Shown piece after piece: positions 1 through 20,817 of a DNA stretch of 64,000 bases. The stretch covers positions 1-64,000 of the forward strand of contig CAVZDU010000007.1 of NCBI GenBank assembly GCA_963774265.1. Direction: 5' to 3'. Within the stretch, counting starts at the first letter, position 1. Every line of letters begins with the position of its first letter. The notes below the pieces were generated by a model. It saw nothing but the letters and a program-made list of their open reading frames with translations, was not told the origin of the DNA and ran no database searches. The stretch comes from an uncultured Chloroflexia bacterium (GTDB lineage Bacteria; Chloroflexota; Anaerolineae; CG2-30-64-16). The position numbers and the translations under genes were made by a program.

Positions 1-2
1 CC

Positions 3-479
3 CACGACACCGTCGCGCGGGAGGACCTCGAGGCACGGTGGGACACCCTCGGACGGGCCCTGCGCACCTGGGCAATCGACCGGCCGCACGACTTCGCCCT
101 GATCTACGGCTCGCCGGTCCCGGACTACGAAGCACCGGCCGAACGCACCCAGGAGGCAGGCACCGCCGTGCTCACCCTCCTCGTGAGCCTGCTCGACGAC
201 GTGCGACGGGCGGGCCGGCTCGCCGCAGGCGAGCGCATGGGACTCGTCGACGAGCGCGCCCGCGCCGCGGTCGGCGACATGCTCGAAACTCCGATGTTCG
301 CCTCGACCCGACTCGACGCCACTGCCCTGGTCCAGGGGATCGCGGCCTGGACGCTGCTCCTGGGCGCCGTGACGAGCGAGGTCTTCGCCCAGCTGGGCCC
401 GGTACCGGACGGGGAGGCGCTCTTCGAGAGCCTCCTGGCAGTGTCGCGACGGTGCGTCATCGGACCCGTCGATGCCTAA
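3..479 (+). CDS. TetR/AcrR-family regulator, C-terminal WHG-type domain (5'-truncated; actinobacterial-like)
   Basis: Frame 3 is open from the window start: ...LRTWAIDRPHDFALIYGSPVPDYEAPAERT...AAWTLLLGAVTSEVF, typical of actinobacterial TetR WHG domains. GC is visibly higher than in the rest of the window. Confidence 0.75.
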   Translation, partial: HDTVAREDLEARWDTLGRALRTWAIDRPHDFALIYGSPVPDYEAPAERTQEAGTAVLTLLVSLLDDVRRAGRLAAGERMGLVDERARAAVGDMLETPMFASTRLDATALVQGIAAWTLLLGAVTSEVFAQLGPVPDGEALFESLLAVSRRCVIGPVDA

Positions 480-545
480 CCGATGTCCTACCGAGGCTGC
501 ACCAACGCCCTCCGGCGGCCGCCGCGCGGCGGGGTCCGGCGATTT

Positions 546-699
546 ACGTCCACATCCGTCCACAGGGTTGTCCACACCTGTGTGCACAGCGTGACCTCAT
601 CGAGACCCGGGGTGGATCGACCGGTAGCGCCCGGTATGCCCCAATGTTTTCCACCACCTGTGGACAACTCTGTGGAAGTGGCGCCGGATTCTTTGCACA
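546..699. promoter_or_regulatory. Cluster of DnaA-box-like motifs (actinobacterial TTGTCCACA type)
   Basis: Perfect TTGTCCACA at 568-576 and its reverse complement TGTGGACAA at 659-667. Degenerate copies at ~546, 556, 580, 671 and 691. Confidence 0.6.
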
Positions 700-752
700 G
701 GTGACTAGTCAGCAAGCGCTGCAAATCGGACATATGCCGTCGCCTCTTCCAC

Positions 753-4167
<3,415 letters not shown>

Positions 4168-4182
4168 GGAAAGGGGTAACCC

Positions 4183-8710
<4,528 letters not shown>

Positions 8711-8726
8711 CAAACCAGCGCTATCA

Positions 8727-8763
8727 GTACCAGGTTTCTCACCGAAGATGAGAGACCTGGTAC
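8727..8763. repeat. Palindromic hairpin (REP-like or terminator) after rpoC
   Basis: GTACCAGGTTTCTCA-N7-TGAGAGACCTGGTAC inverted repeat. Confidence 0.55.
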
Positions 8764-8791
8764 GTTTCGGTGGGAAGAAATAGGGCGCAAT

Positions 8792-8820
8792 TTGACCCGA
8801 AATGTCCCTTGTGATAAACT
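8792..8820 (+). promoter_or_regulatory. sigma70-type promoter of the str operon
   Basis: TTGACC-17 nt-TAAACT, with TG extended -10. Confidence 0.65.
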
Positions 8821-8920
8821 AATCGTTCGTGGGCCAGATCACACTGGCCCGCGTTTATTCGTCATAGCCGGGCTCTGGCCCTGGTATTTTTGATCCGCAT
8901 AAGTCTTAGTGGAGGGCATC

Positions 8921-9391
8921 TTGCCGACTATTAATCAGCTCGTACGTAAGGGCCGGAAGCCGCTTGCGAAAAAAGAAAAGGCTCCCGCGCTGCAATTCAC
9001 GAACAACACCATCCACGGTCGCCTGCGCCGGATGTCGAAGGGGAACCCGTTCAAGCGTGGTGTGTGCACCCAGGTGCGCACCATGACCCCGAAGAAACCG
9101 AACTCAGCGCTGCGCAAGATCGCGCGTGTGCGCCTGAGTAATGGCCTTGAGGTCACCGCCTATATCCCCGGCGAAGGTCATACCCTGCAAGAGCACTCCG
9201 TGGTGCTGGTGCGTGGAGGCCGCGTGAAGGATCTACCTGGTGTGCGCTATCACATCGTGCGCGGCGCCTTTGATACGAATGGTGTTGATGCCCGACGACG
9301 CGCCCGCTCAAAGTACGGCGCAAAGGTTCCGAAGGCCACTGCTGCAGCGGGTAAGGGCGCAAAAGGCGCTCCTGCCAAGGGCAAGAAGTAA
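8921..9391 (+). CDS. rpsL: 30S ribosomal protein S12
   Basis: TTG start then [10 protein letters not shown]; [11 protein letters not shown] and [10 protein letters not shown] motifs; Ala/Lys-rich tail. Confidence 0.98.
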   Translation: MPTINQLVRKGRKPLAKKEKAPALQFTNNTIHGRLRRMSKGNPFKRGVCTQVRTMTPKKPNSALRKIARVRLSNGLEVTAYIPGEGHTLQEHSVVLVRGGRVKDLPGVRYHIVRGAFDTNGVDARRRARSKYGAKVPKATAAAGKGAKGAPAKGKK

Positions 9392-9408
9392 GGAGCGCGG
9401 AGTAACCT

Positions 9409-9879
9409 ATGTCTCGACGTAATCGTCCCGAACCACGTGTGGTCCTGCCGGATCCGCGTTACAGTAATATGTTGGTCTCTCACCTGGTCAATAAGATCAT
9501 GATGAGCGGCAAGAAGTCGACCGCTGAGAGCATCGTCTACGGCGCCATCACTGTCCTGGAGCAACGTACCAAGAAGCCGGGCATCGAAGCGCTTGAGCAG
9601 GCCATTCGCAACGCCACGCCCATGATCGAAGTGCGGCCCCGCCGTGTTGGTGGCGCCACCTACCAGGTCCCGATGGAAATCCGTGAGGACCGGCGGCTGG
9701 CGTTGGCGCTTCGTTGGCTCATTCAGAGCTCTCGCAAGCGCGCGGGCAAGAGCATGATCGACAAGCTTTCTGGCGAATTGTTCGACGCCCATAACAACCA
9801 GGGTAACACGGTCAAGAAGCGCGAAGACACGCACAAGATGGCTGAAGCCAACCGCGCATTCGCGCATTACCGCTGGTAA
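9409..9879 (+). CDS. rpsG: 30S ribosomal protein S7
   Basis: [26 protein letters not shown]. Confidence 0.98.
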   Translation: MSRRNRPEPRVVLPDPRYSNMLVSHLVNKIMMSGKKSTAESIVYGAITVLEQRTKKPGIEALEQAIRNATPMIEVRPRRVGGATYQVPMEIREDRRLALALRWLIQSSRKRAGKSMIDKLSGELFDAHNNQGNTVKKREDTHKMAEANRAFAHYRW

Positions 9880-9999
9880 TTCGGGCAGATCGCCCAAATG
9901 CGCCGTCAGAACGACGGCGTTTTATTCCTGCCTGTGAGACCCGGCATTCGGCCTGAAGGATGCCGGGTTTCTGTCGGTTGAGATCGCGAGCTTATCATC

Positions 10000-12102
10000 A
10001 TGTCTACCGCGACCGTGTCCCAAACTGAAGACGAGCGCTTGCAGCGATTGCGCAATATTGGCATCATCGCCCATATCGACGCGGGCAAAACCACAACGAC
10101 TGAGCGCATCCTGTACTACACGGGAAAGACCTATCGGATGGGCAATGTCGATGAGGGCACAACAGTGACCGATTGGATGGTGCAGGAACGTGAGCGCGGC
10201 ATCACCATTCAATCCGCAGCGATCACCAGCGAGTGGCGCGGGCACCAGATCAATATTATCGACACTCCGGGGCACATCGACTTCACGGCCGAGGTACAGC
10301 GCAGCCTGAGAGTGCTCGACGGCGGCGTCGTCGTTTTTGATGCAGTTGCAGGCGTTGAGCCACAATCCGAAACGGTCTGGCGCCAGGCCAACCAATACGG
10401 CGTGCCACGTATTTGTTTCGTAAACAAGATGGATCGCACGGGCGCAGATTTCTGGCGCACGATCGACATGATCAGGGACCGCCTGGGTGCGCATCCGCTG
10501 CCGGTGCAGCTGCCTATCGGCTCTGAGGATCTCTTCTCCGGAATGGTCGACCTGATCACCCGGACGGCGTGGACCTTCCCGGATAATCTCGGCGCCACGC
10601 CGGTCCAACAGCCAGTTCCTGTTGAATTGCAGGAGAAGGTTGAGGAGCTGCGCGAGCAGTTGGTCGAAGAGGTGTCTGAAACCGACGATTTACTGATATC
10701 CAAATACCTGGACGGCGACGAAATCTCAGAAGATGAACTGCGGTTGGCGCTGCGCAGGGCCACATTGGCCCGACAATTGGTGCCTGTGCTGTGCGGCACC
10801 TCGTTGCGCACTAAGGGCGTCCAGCTGTTGCTGGATGCGGTCATCGACTACCTGCCGTCGCCGCTCGACGTCCCCGCCGTTGTGGGAACCAACCCAGATA
10901 CTGATCGCGAGGAAGAGCGTCCCACCTCGCTGGATGCGCCCGTCGCTGCTCTCGTCTTCAAAATCCAAACCGATCCGTACATGGGAAAGCTGGCGTATGT
11001 ACGTGTGTACTCCGGTGAGCTCCAGTCGGGCACAACCTTGCTCAACAGCAGTAAGGACCGCAAGGAGCGCGTGGGCCGGCTGGTGCAGGTTTACGCTGAG
11101 AAACGCGAGGATGTCACTGTCCTTCGTGCCGGCGATATCGGCGCGATCGTCGGGGTGAAACAGACATCGACCGGCGAGACCTTGTGCGACCCCGGGGCGC
11201 CGATCGTCCTTGAAGCCATCGACTTTCCCGAACCGGTCATTTCCATTGCCGTCGAGCCGAAGACGAAGGCCGACCAGGACAAACTGGCCAATGCATTGCA
11301 GCGGCTGGCCGAAGAGGATCCAACCTTCCGCGTGCGTGTGGATGAACAGACCGGTCAGACACTGCTCAGCGGTATGGGCGAGTTGCACCTGGAAGTGTTG
11401 ATTGACCGGATGCAGCGTGAGTTTGGAGTGCAAGCCCACGTTGGCCGACATCAGGTGGCATATCGTGAGACTATCACCCGCAAGTCGTCCGTGGAGATGC
11501 GTTTCGTGCGTCAGACCGGAGGTCGAGGCCAATATGCCCACGTTATCGTGGACTTCGAGCCATTGGAACACGGCAAGGGCTTCGAGTTCGTCAACAAGAC
11601 TGTGGGCGGCGTGATCCCGAGAGAGTACATCCCTGCCGTGGAGCAGGGCATCCGCGAGTCGATGGAGAATGGACTGCTGGGCGGATATCCCCTCGTCGAC
11701 ATCAGGGCTACCTTAACCGGTGGTTCATATCATGAAGTTGATAGTTCGGACATGGCCTTCAAGATTGCGGGTTCCATGGCGCTCCGCGAGGGCGCCCAAA
11801 AAGGAAGCCCCGCGTTGCTTGAACCTGTCATGAGTCTTGAGGTCGTGGTCCCTGAAGCGAATACCGGTGATGTCATCGGCGATCTAGTGGCCCGCCGCGG
11901 ACAGATCGCTGGATTGGAAATGCACTCTGTCGGTCTACAGGCCGTTAAGGGTACGGTGCCTTTGGCTGAAATGTTCGGCTACGCCACCTCCTTGCGTTCA
12001 ACCACTCAGGGACGTGGCACGTTCACAATGGAGTTTGCGCACTATGATTTTGTGCCGATCGACCGCGCGCGCACCATCCTTGGCTTGGGTCCCGACGGCT
12101 GA
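10000..12102 (+). CDS. fusA: Elongation factor G
   Basis: [22 protein letters not shown] and NKMD motifs; position in the str operon. Confidence 0.97.
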   Translation: MSTATVSQTEDERLQRLRNIGIIAHIDAGKTTTTERILYYTGKTYRMGNVDEGTTVTDWMVQERERGITIQSAAITSEWRGHQINIIDTPGHIDFTAEVQRSLRVLDGGVVVFDAVAGVEPQSETVWRQANQYGVPRICFVNKMDRTGADFWRTIDMIRDRLGAHPLPVQLPIGSEDLFSGMVDLITRTAWTFPDNLGATPVQQPVPVELQEKVEELREQLVEEVSETDDLLISKYLDGDEISEDELRLALRRATLARQLVPVLCGTSLRTKGVQLLLDAVIDYLPSPLDVPAVVGTNPDTDREEERPTSLDAPVAALVFKIQTDPYMGKLAYVRVYSGELQSGTTLLNSSKDRKERVGRLVQVYAEKREDVTVLRAGDIGAIVGVKQTSTGETLCDPGAPIVLEAIDFPEPVISIAVEPKTKADQDKLANALQRLAEEDPTFRVRVDEQTGQTLLSGMGELHLEVLIDRMQREFGVQAHVGRHQVAYRETITRKSSVEMRFVRQTGGRGQYAHVIVDFEPLEHGKGFEFVNKTVGGVIPREYIPAVEQGIRESMENGLLGGYPLVDIRATLTGGSYHEVDSSDMAFKIAGSMALREGAQKGSPALLEPVMSLEVVVPEANTGDVIGDLVARRGQIAGLEMHSVGLQAVKGTVPLAEMFGYATSLRSTTQGRGTFTMEFAHYDFVPIDRARTILGLGPDG

Positions 12103-12135
12103 TAGAGGCGCCCGCAACGAACAACAGGCTTGAAT

Positions 12136-12164
12136 TTGCACAAAACAGGCCATTTCCATATAAT
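12136..12164 (+). promoter_or_regulatory. sigma70-type promoter upstream of tuf/S10 operon
   Basis: TTGCAC-17 nt-TATAAT. Confidence 0.7.
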
Positions 12165-12465
12165 GTGAGAGTTGCCGCCGATTGGAAGGGCCCTTGCAGG
12201 GCTATGACTCGGATTGGCACCAGGTGCTGCTCGCCCATCAGAGTGGCGCCGACGAATCGTGCAGAATGCCAGGCCGGCGACGCCTGATCGACGGCCTCAA
12301 GGTCGTTTTTGCCCTGCATGCCTCGTCAGCGCTCGCTGGACGGGGCCTTTGTTTGTAAAGGGATGGTGCTCGCCGGGCTTGCGGCGGGTGTTTGGTTGAG
12401 GCTTACACTGCTTGCTGTCCACAGAAGGCTGCGTTCAGCAAGCGCCACAAGGAGCATGTGTCATT

Positions 12466-13673
<1,208 letters not shown>

Positions 13674-13685
13674 GTGAGACACGGG

Positions 13686-13720
13686 GACCGTGCGAGGTGC
13701 TTCGAACAACCTCGCAGGTC
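13686..13720. repeat. REP-like palindrome
   Basis: GACCGTGCGAGGT...ACCTCGCAGGTC; similar to the palindrome at 15889-15915. Confidence 0.5.
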
Positions 13721-13743
13721 TTTCGCCCTGCAATGGAGGCATT

Positions 13744-14054
13744 ATGGCTAAGAATCAGTATTCGGATTCGGCTGAAGGCATTCGATCATCGGGTGCTCGA
13801 TGACTCTGTCCGCAAGATCGTGGATGCTGCGGAGCGCACGGGTGCCGCCGTGGTCGGCCCTATGCCCGCTGCCCACTCGGATCGAGAAGTTCACCGTGAA
13901 TCGCTCGCCGTTCATCGATAAGGACAGCCGCGAGCAGTTCGAGATGCGGACGCACAAGCGTCTGATTGACGTGATGGATCCCGGCCCCAAGACGATCGAG
14001 AACCTGACGAAGCTTGATCTACCTGCGGGTGTGGATATCGAAATCAAGCTTTAG
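13744..14054 (+). CDS. rpsJ: 30S ribosomal protein S10 (frameshifted)
   Basis: [14 protein letters not shown] and [15 protein letters not shown], in different frames. Confidence 0.95.
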
Positions 14055-14197
14055 GCCGCAGAGAGCACCGAGCAAAGCAGCTTTTGACTCTGCGTTTTCG
14101 GTGAAACCGGTGGCAAAAGAGCGGGCGGCGCCAAGCCGCTCAAGGGGATGATGCGGCTGCCGCACCGGCGAGTCACGACAGTCCCAAGGAGGAAGTT

Positions 14198-14839
14198 GTG
14201 AAGGGTATATTGGGCCGGAAGGTGGGCATGACGCAAGTGCTCACCGCACGCGGCACGGTCGTTCCGGTGACCGTCATCGAAGCGGGTCCCTGTTACGTCA
14301 CACAGATCAAGACGTTGGAGACGGATGGATACACGGCGATCCAGATCGGCTATCAAGAGACCAAGCCGCGCCGCCTGACGAAGGGCGAGGTGGGTCACTT
14401 ACGCCGGCGCAACGCCAATTTGCCGACCTTGCGCGTGTTGCGCGAGATTCGCATAAAGAACGTGATGGATTACCAGGTGGGTCAGAAGTTGCTCGCCGAT
14501 GTGTTCGCCGCAGGCGAGCGCGTTGACGTAAAAGGCGTCTCCAAAGGCAAGGGATTCCAGGGTGGTGTGAGGCGTCATGGGTTCCATGGCGGGCCGCGCA
14601 CTCATGGTCAATCAGACCGCTTGCGCGCACCTGGCGCGTCCAGCAGCTCGGCACCACACCCGGCCGCATCTACAAGGGCAAGCACATGGCCGGCCATATG
14701 GGCAATCGACCGATTACCGTCTCGAATCTGCGTGTGGAACTGGTGGATCCGGCGCGTAATCTGTTGGCGGTTCGTGGCGCCAGTACCGGGCGCCAAGGGT
14801 GGCCTTGTGGTCATCACGGAAGCTCGGAAGCAGGGGTGA
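14198..14839 (+). CDS. rplC: 50S ribosomal protein L3 (compensating frameshifts near 14645-14780)
   Basis: [19 protein letters not shown] and THGQSD; [15 protein letters not shown] lies in an alternate frame. Confidence 0.95.
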   Translation: MKGILGRKVGMTQVLTARGTVVPVTVIEAGPCYVTQIKTLETDGYTAIQIGYQETKPRRLTKGEVGHLRRRNANLPTLRVLREIRIKNVMDYQVGQKLLADVFAAGERVDVKGVSKGKGFQGGVRRHGFHGGPRTHGQSDRLRAPGASSSSAPHPAASTRASTWPAIWAIDRLPSRICVWNWWIRRVICWRFVAPVPGAKGGLVVITEARKQG

Positions 14840-14840
14840 T

Positions 14841-15477
14841 ATGATGTTAGTTTCAGTCATTAACATGGCCGGCGAAAAGGTCGGCGAGGTCGAGCTGTCC
14901 GACACTCATCTTCTCTGCACCCGTCAACGAACCATTGATGCATCAGGCCCTGCTGCGCCAACTGGCAAATGCGCGCCTCGGCACTGCGAAGGTCAAGGGT
15001 CGCAGCGAGGTTGCCGGTGGTGGTCGCAAGCCCTGGAAGCAGAAGGGCACCGGCCGGGCGCGTCAGGGTTCGACCCGGGCCGCCCAGTGGCGTGGCGGTG
15101 GCATCATCTTTGGCCCCAGCCCGCGTTCTTACGAGCAGAAGATGCCCCGGCGCATGCGCCGTGCAGCAATCTGTTCTGCGCTGACCATTAAAGCGGCGGA
15201 GGATCGCATTGTGGTCCTCGACAAGCTTGCAGCTTCAACGGCTGGCGAGATGTCGAAGACGAAGGATATGGCGGCGGTGATGGCCCGCGTAGTGCCCGAA
15301 GGCAGCGCGCTGGTTCTTATGGCCGACGCCAACGAAAACATCCAACGCGCTGCGAACAACCTGCCCAACGTCAAGTTGCTGCGCGCGGGCTACCTGAATA
15401 TGCGGGATCTACTGGACTACGACTACCTGGTCATTCCGCAGGATGCGCTGCCCGTGCTCGAAGGCGTCTTGAGCTAA
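14841..15477 (+). CDS. rplD: 50S ribosomal protein L4 (frameshift near 14905)
   Basis: [15 protein letters not shown] motif. Confidence 0.95.
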
Positions 15478-15517
15478 CGTATTTGGAAACCATCCCGTAA
15501 GGGACAGGAGACTGACA

Positions 15518-15810
15518 ATGCACGTTTATGATATTCTCAAGCGCCCGGTCGTGACCGAAAAGAGCAATTCGCAAGCTGGCGCAGCCAACCAGTACACCTT
15601 CCAGGTGGACCGACGCGGGCGAACAAGATACAGATCAAAGATGCGGTCGAGACGGCTTTCAGTGTGACGGTGTTGGAAGTCAACATCGTGAACATTCCGC
15701 CGAAAATGGGGCGCGCTGGCCGTGCAACTGTGATCAAGAAGACGGCGATGAAGAAAGCCATTGTCACGTTGGCCCCAGGGAACACGATCCAGTTCTTTGA
15801 GGGTGTGTAG
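15518..15810 (+). CDS. rplW: 50S ribosomal protein L23 (frameshifted; not in ORF track)
   Basis: MHVYDILKRPVVTEKS...ANKIQIKDAVE...KKAIVTLAPG; lies between rplD and rplB. Confidence 0.93.
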
Positions 15811-15888
15811 GGAGTTAGAGGCAGGCGGCTAGGACGGCAAGAGTATCGTCTGCCCCGGCGCCTGGCAATTGTCCTCTCGCAACACAAA

Positions 15889-15915
15889 CCTTCGAGGGTT
15901 CAAGAACCTCGAAGG
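15889..15915. repeat. REP-like palindrome
   Basis: CCTTCGAGGGTT-CAAG-AACCTCGAAGG. Confidence 0.5.
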
Positions 15916-15975
15916 CTGGAGCGAAAGATAGTTGCCACGAAGCGAGCGCTGTTAGTTTGCCGCTGAGGAGTTTGA

Positions 15976-16806
15976 ATGGCTATCAAGGTGTACAAGCCCA
16001 CGTCGGCGGGGCGTCGAGGCATGAGTGTCTCGACATTTGATGAGATCACCCGGTCGACGCCTGAGCGCTCCTTGCTGCGCCCCATGCGCGAACGCGCAGG
16101 GCGCAACAATCAGGGCCGCGTGACCGTGCGCCATCGGGGTGGCGGGCACAAGCGTCTGTATCGCTTGATCGATTTCCGCCGCGACAAGCACGGTATTCCG
16201 GCCAAGGTTTCCTCGATCGAATACGATCCGAATCGCTCGGCCCGGATTGCCTTGCTGACGTATGCGGATGGCGAAAAACGCTACATCCTTGCGCCGGTGG
16301 GCCTGAAGGTCGGCAGCCAGATCATGTCCGGCCCTGAGGCCGAAGTGCGCGTAGGCAACGCAATGCCCCTGCGCAATATCCCGTTGGGGACCATCGTCCA
16401 CAACGTCGAACTGCAGCCCGGTCGCGGCGGACAGATGGCCCGATCCGCGGGCGTGGGTGCACAGGTGTTGGCGAAGGAAGGCGACATGGCCCAGTTGCGC
16501 CTGCCGAGTGGCGAAGTGCGGCGCGTCGCGATGACCTGCCTGGCAACCATTGGCCAGGTGGGCAACACGGACCATGCCAACTTGAACCTGGGTAAGGCCG
16601 GTCGCAAGCGCTGGCTCGGCATCCGCCCAACCGTCCGCGGCACTGCGCAGGACCCGAATTCGCATCCGCACGGTGGTGGCGAAGGCCGTTCGTCCGTGGG
16701 TATGCCCGGTCCCAAGACCCCGTGGGGCAAGCCCGCGCTGGGTTATAAGACTCGCAAGAACAAGCGCACCGAGAACGCTATCGTGCGACGCCGCGGGAAG
16801 AAGTAG
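15976..16806 (+). CDS. rplB: 50S ribosomal protein L2
   Basis: [26 protein letters not shown]. Confidence 0.99.
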   Translation: MAIKVYKPTSAGRRGMSVSTFDEITRSTPERSLLRPMRERAGRNNQGRVTVRHRGGGHKRLYRLIDFRRDKHGIPAKVSSIEYDPNRSARIALLTYADGEKRYILAPVGLKVGSQIMSGPEAEVRVGNAMPLRNIPLGTIVHNVELQPGRGGQMARSAGVGAQVLAKEGDMAQLRLPSGEVRRVAMTCLATIGQVGNTDHANLNLGKAGRKRWLGIRPTVRGTAQDPNSHPHGGGEGRSSVGMPGPKTPWGKPALGYKTRKNKRTENAIVRRRGKK

Positions 16807-16820
16807 GGGGAATATAGAGA

Positions 16821-17105
16821 ATGACCCGATCTCTCAAGAAGGGCCCGTACGTACAGAATAAGCTGTTGAAGAAGGTAGAGGCTATGAACCGGACCGGCAA
16901 GAAAACGGTCATTAAGACCTGGTCGCGCGCCTCGACCGTCTTCCCGCAGATGGTTGGTCATACGATTGCCATCCATGACGGGCGCCGCCATGTTCCCATC
17001 TACATTGCCGAGAATATGGTCGGCCACAAGCTGGGCGAGTTCGCACCCACTCGATTCTTCCGCGGCCACGTGAAGAGCGAGAAGAAGACCGACGAGGTGA
17101 GATGA
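16821..17105 (+). CDS. rpsS: 30S ribosomal protein S19
   Basis: [20 protein letters not shown]. Confidence 0.98.
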   Translation: MTRSLKKGPYVQNKLLKKVEAMNRTGKKTVIKTWSRASTVFPQMVGHTIAIHDGRRHVPIYIAENMVGHKLGEFAPTRFFRGHVKSEKKTDEVR

Positions 17106-17440
17106 TGGAAGTGCGAGCTATTACCAAGTATACGGGAATTTCCCCGCAAAAGACCCGCTGGGTGATCGACCAGGTGCGCGGAATGCAGGCAGAGCGAGCG
17201 CTTGCCCTACTGCGCTTCATGAGGCAATCTGCGGCCGAGCCAGTGGCAAAGACTATTGCGTCAGCCCTGGCGAACGCTGAGGAAAACCTGGGCCTCGCAC
17301 GCGAGGATATGTTCATCGCAACGATTATGGCCGACGGTGCCCCTGTGCGCCGCTGGCGCCGGTTCGGTGCGCGCGGCCGGTTCAAGCCGATCATTCGGCG
17401 GTCGTCGCACATCACCGTGGTGCTCGAAGAGCGCCAGTAG
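17102..17440 (+). CDS. rplV: 50S ribosomal protein L22
   Basis: [24 protein letters not shown]; gene order. Confidence 0.96.
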   Translation: MMEVRAITKYTGISPQKTRWVIDQVRGMQAERALALLRFMRQSAAEPVAKTIASALANAEENLGLAREDMFIATIMADGAPVRRWRRFGARGRFKPIIRRSSHITVVLEERQ

Positions 17441-17459
17441 CAGCCATAAGGAGGCAGCA

Positions 17460-18105
17460 GTGGGCCGAAAAGTACATCCCATTGGCTTTCGCCTGGGTAT
17501 AACAGAGCAGCATCGCTCTCGGTGGTTTGCCGAGGGCAAGGAATACACAAACCTCGTAGCTGAGGACCGGCGGATCCGCAAGGTCGTGTTGACCACGTTG
17601 CCGGAGGCGCAGATTTCCCAGGTGGATATCGAGCGCTTCCCGCCCAATCAGATGCGTATCACTGTTCACTCCGCGAAACCGGGCGTGATCATTGGCCGTA
17701 AGGGCGCCACCGTGAATCAGCTGCGCACCGATCTGCAGAATTCGACGGGCAAGCGCGTCAAACTGGACATCGCGGAAATTGAGCGACCTGAGTTGGACTC
17801 ATTCCTGGTGGCTCGCAGTATTGCCGACCAGCTTGGCCCGGCGTATTTCGCACAAACGGGCCATGAAGCAGGCAGTGCTCCGAGCCCTTAAGGCTGGCGC
17901 ACAGGGCTGCATGATCCGCTGTGGCGGTCGCTTGGCCGGTTCCGAAATGGCGCGTGTCGAGACTGTGCGTGAGGGGCGGGTTCCTCGTCACACCCTGCGC
18001 GCTGAGATCGATTATGCGAAAGAGGAAGCGCTGACCACCTTTGGCCGGATCGGGATCAAGGTCTGGATCTATAAGGGTGAGCGCCTACCGGGTGCTGAGG
18101 CGTAG
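17460..18105 (+). CDS. rpsC: 30S ribosomal protein S3 (frameshift near 17835)
   Basis: [31 protein letters not shown]. Confidence 0.96.
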
Positions 18106-18116
18106 GAGTTTTTACT

Positions 18117-18539
18117 ATGTTGATGCCTAAGCGTGTGAAATATCGCAAGCAGCACCGCGGGCGCCGAGCGGGTATGGCCAGCCGTGGCAACGAGGTCAAC
18201 TTCGGTGAGTTCGGGCTCCAGGCATTGGGCCCGGCGTGGCTGAATAGCCGCCAGATCGAAGCGGCACGCCGCGCGATCGTACGCTATCTGCGTCGAGGCG
18301 GTAAGCTGTGGATCCGCGTGTTCCCGGACCATCCGGTGACCAAGCGGCCGGCCGAAACCCGCATGGGTGGTGGCAAGGGCGCGGTGGAGTACTGGGCGGC
18401 CGTCGTGCGGCCCGGCCTGATGCTGTTCGAAGTGGCCGGCGTGGCTGAGGACGAGGCGCGTGAGGCGATGCGGTTAGCGTCGCATAAGCTGCCCATCCGG
18501 ACACAGTTCGTCCGCCGCGAACTGGGGGAGCAAGCATAA
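18117..18539 (+). CDS. rplP: 50S ribosomal protein L16
   Basis: [24 protein letters not shown]. Confidence 0.98.
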   Translation: MLMPKRVKYRKQHRGRRAGMASRGNEVNFGEFGLQALGPAWLNSRQIEAARRAIVRYLRRGGKLWIRVFPDHPVTKRPAETRMGGGKGAVEYWAAVVRPGLMLFEVAGVAEDEAREAMRLASHKLPIRTQFVRRELGEQA

Positions 18540-18540
18540 G

Positions 18541-18747
18541 ATGCGCGCAACAGAAATTCGCAATCTGAACGAGGCCGAGGTGGCCCGCAAGCTGGACGAG
18601 GCCCATCAGGAGCTGTTCAACTTGCGCTTCCAGTACTCGACGGGGCAGCTCAAGAATACGACCCGGCTGAGCCAGGTCAAGCACGAGATTGCCCGACTCC
18701 GCACGATTCTGCGCGAGCGTGAGTTGGCCGCAGCCCAAGGAGAATAA
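18541..18747 (+). CDS. rpmC: 50S ribosomal protein L29
   Basis: ELFNLRFQ...GQL...IARLRTIL. Confidence 0.96.
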   Translation: MRATEIRNLNEAEVARKLDEAHQELFNLRFQYSTGQLKNTTRLSQVKHEIARLRTILRERELAAAQGE

Positions 18748-18750
18748 GAG

Positions 18751-19065
18751 ATGTCAGACGAGACAACCTACGAGCGCAAGGGCAAGCGGCTTACCGGCCG
18801 GGTCGTCAGCAATAAGATGCAGAAGACGGTCGTTGTCGAGGTAGAGCGCACCCACCGGCACCCGCTTTACGGCAAGGTGATCCGGGTGCACAAGCACTAT
18901 AAGGTGCACGACGAGAGCAATGCGTGTCTGATCGGTGATCAGGTGCGTATCGTGGAGTCGCGGCCCTACAGTAAGGACAAGCACTACCGGGTCGAAGCGA
19001 TCCTGAACCGCGCTGCACAGATTGACACCACGCCCCTGACCGCGTCGCCGGACGCGGAAGTATAG
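18751..19065 (+). CDS. rpsQ: 30S ribosomal protein S17
   Basis: [29 protein letters not shown]. Confidence 0.97.
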   Translation: MSDETTYERKGKRLTGRVVSNKMQKTVVVEVERTHRHPLYGKVIRVHKHYKVHDESNACLIGDQVRIVESRPYSKDKHYRVEAILNRAAQIDTTPLTASPDAEV

Positions 19066-19075
19066 AGGTAAGGCC

Positions 19076-19444
19076 ATGATCCAGCAGGAATCCAGGCTCA
19101 AGGTCGCCGACAACACCGGCGCCAAAGAAATTCTATGCATCCGGGTCTTGGGTGGCTCCACCCGCCGGTATGCCCACATTGGTGATGTGATCATCGCCAC
19201 GGTGAAGCAGGCCGCGCCGAATGCAGCGGTCAAAGAGGGCGATGTGGTGCGTGCAGTGGTTGTCCGCACGACCTATTCGCAGAAGCGTCGCGATGGCTCG
19301 TCCATCCGCTTCGATGACAATGCAGCCGTCATCATCGATACGATGAAGGCGCCGCGCGGCACTCGTATCTTCGGGCCGGTGGCCCGCGAGTTGCGCGATC
19401 GCGGCTTCATGCGCATCGTTTCGCTGGCGCCCGAGGTTCTGTAA
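19076..19444 (+). CDS. rplN: 50S ribosomal protein L14
   Basis: [28 protein letters not shown]. Confidence 0.99.
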   Translation: MIQQESRLKVADNTGAKEILCIRVLGGSTRRYAHIGDVIIATVKQAAPNAAVKEGDVVRAVVVRTTYSQKRRDGSSIRFDDNAAVIIDTMKAPRGTRIFGPVARELRDRGFMRIVSLAPEVL

Positions 19445-19453
19445 GAGGTACGT

Positions 19454-19813
19454 ATGGATATCAAAAAGGGCGATAAGGTTCAAGTGATTTCGGGCGATGA
19501 TCGCGGCAGTGAAGGCGAAGTTCAGCGCGTGGTCCGGGCGAAGTGGGGCAAAGGCCGCAAGGCCGGTCAGCGGAAGCAGCAGGCCGACCGTGTGGTGGTG
19601 GCTGGCATCAACCTGGTGAAAAAGCACCAGCGGCGAACCGGCAACGTGAACACCCAGTTCGGTATCATCGAGCGCGAAGCACCACTCCACCTGTCGAACG
19701 TCATGTTGGTGTGCCCGAAATGCGGCAAACCCACCCGCGTAGGTCACATGATCCACGCCGATGGCAGCCGTTCACGGGCTTGCAAGAAATGCGGCGAGGG
19801 AATCGACGCGTAA
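19454..19813 (+). CDS. rplX: 50S ribosomal protein L24
   Basis: [21 protein letters not shown]; C-terminal CxxC pairs. Confidence 0.96.
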   Translation: MDIKKGDKVQVISGDDRGSEGEVQRVVRAKWGKGRKAGQRKQQADRVVVAGINLVKKHQRRTGNVNTQFGIIEREAPLHLSNVMLVCPKCGKPTRVGHMIHADGSRSRACKKCGEGIDA

Positions 19814-19912
19814 GATTGAAGATTTCCGCTGCCCCCCTGGGCAGGGCGCAATTTTCAATCGAATCCGGATCAGGGTTGCACAGCGCGGCCCTGTATAGGA
19901 TAGGAGTAGATA

Positions 19913-20459
19913 ATGGCAAAACCGAGAATGCTGGACCGCTACCGGGACGAGGTGGCGCCGGCGCTGGAAAAAGAGTTTGGCTACAAGAACGTGATGCAGG
20001 TGCCGCGCGTCGAGAAGGTCGTGCTGAATATCGGCATGGGCGAAGCACTGACGAACGCGAAGAGCCTGGACGCAGCCGCGGGTGACTTGACGGCAATTGC
20101 CGGTCAAAAGCCCGTCTTCACTAAGGCCAAGCGTTCCATTGCGAACTTCAAGTTGCGCGAGGGCAACACCATCGGCGTGACTGTGACTCTGCGACAGGAG
20201 CGGATGTGGAGTTTCCTGGATCGCCTGATGAGTATCGCGCTGCCGCGTCTGCGTGACTTCCGGGGCATCATCGCCCGACTCGTTTGATGGTCACGGCAAT
20301 TATAGCCTGGGCCTTCGTGAGCAGCTTATGTTCCCGGAGATCCATTATGAAAAGGTCGATAAGGTGCGCGGCATGGCGGTGACGATCGTCACGACAGCCA
20401 AGACCGATGAGGAAGGCCTCCGGCTGCTACAATTGCTGGGCATGCCGTTCCAGAAGTAG
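19913..20459 (+). CDS. rplE: 50S ribosomal protein L5 (frameshift near 20270)
   Basis: [33 protein letters not shown]. Confidence 0.96.
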
Positions 20460-20508
20460 GGCAAATTGCCCACTGGTGGGGTGCAGCCCACCTACAGGAG
20501 GAGTCTCT

Positions 20509-20691
20509 GTGGCAAAGACGTGTATGCCAATTCGGGAGCAACGCCGTAAGTATGAAGTGCGCGTTCGCAACCGCTGCAGCATCTGTGCCCGGCCGCGTGG
20601 CTACATGCGCCGGTTTGATCTGTGCCGCGTTTGCTTCCGCGAACAGGCGCTGAAGGGCAATCTGCCTGGCGTGGTGAAGTCGAGCTGGTAG
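20509..20691 (+). CDS. rpsN: 30S ribosomal protein S14, zinc-binding type
   Basis: [25 protein letters not shown]. Confidence 0.96.
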   Translation: MAKTCMPIREQRRKYEVRVRNRCSICARPRGYMRRFDLCRVCFREQALKGNLPGVVKSSW

Positions 20692-20817
20692 CGCAAACTT
20701 CAATTTGCGCGGGAATGCGGAATCCTGGGCTGCGACATCGCAGGGTGAGTGCGAAGCACAGGCTCAACCTGGACCGGTCGCAAGCAACAGGTGATCCGAA
20801 CTCCGAAGGAGCAAGTT

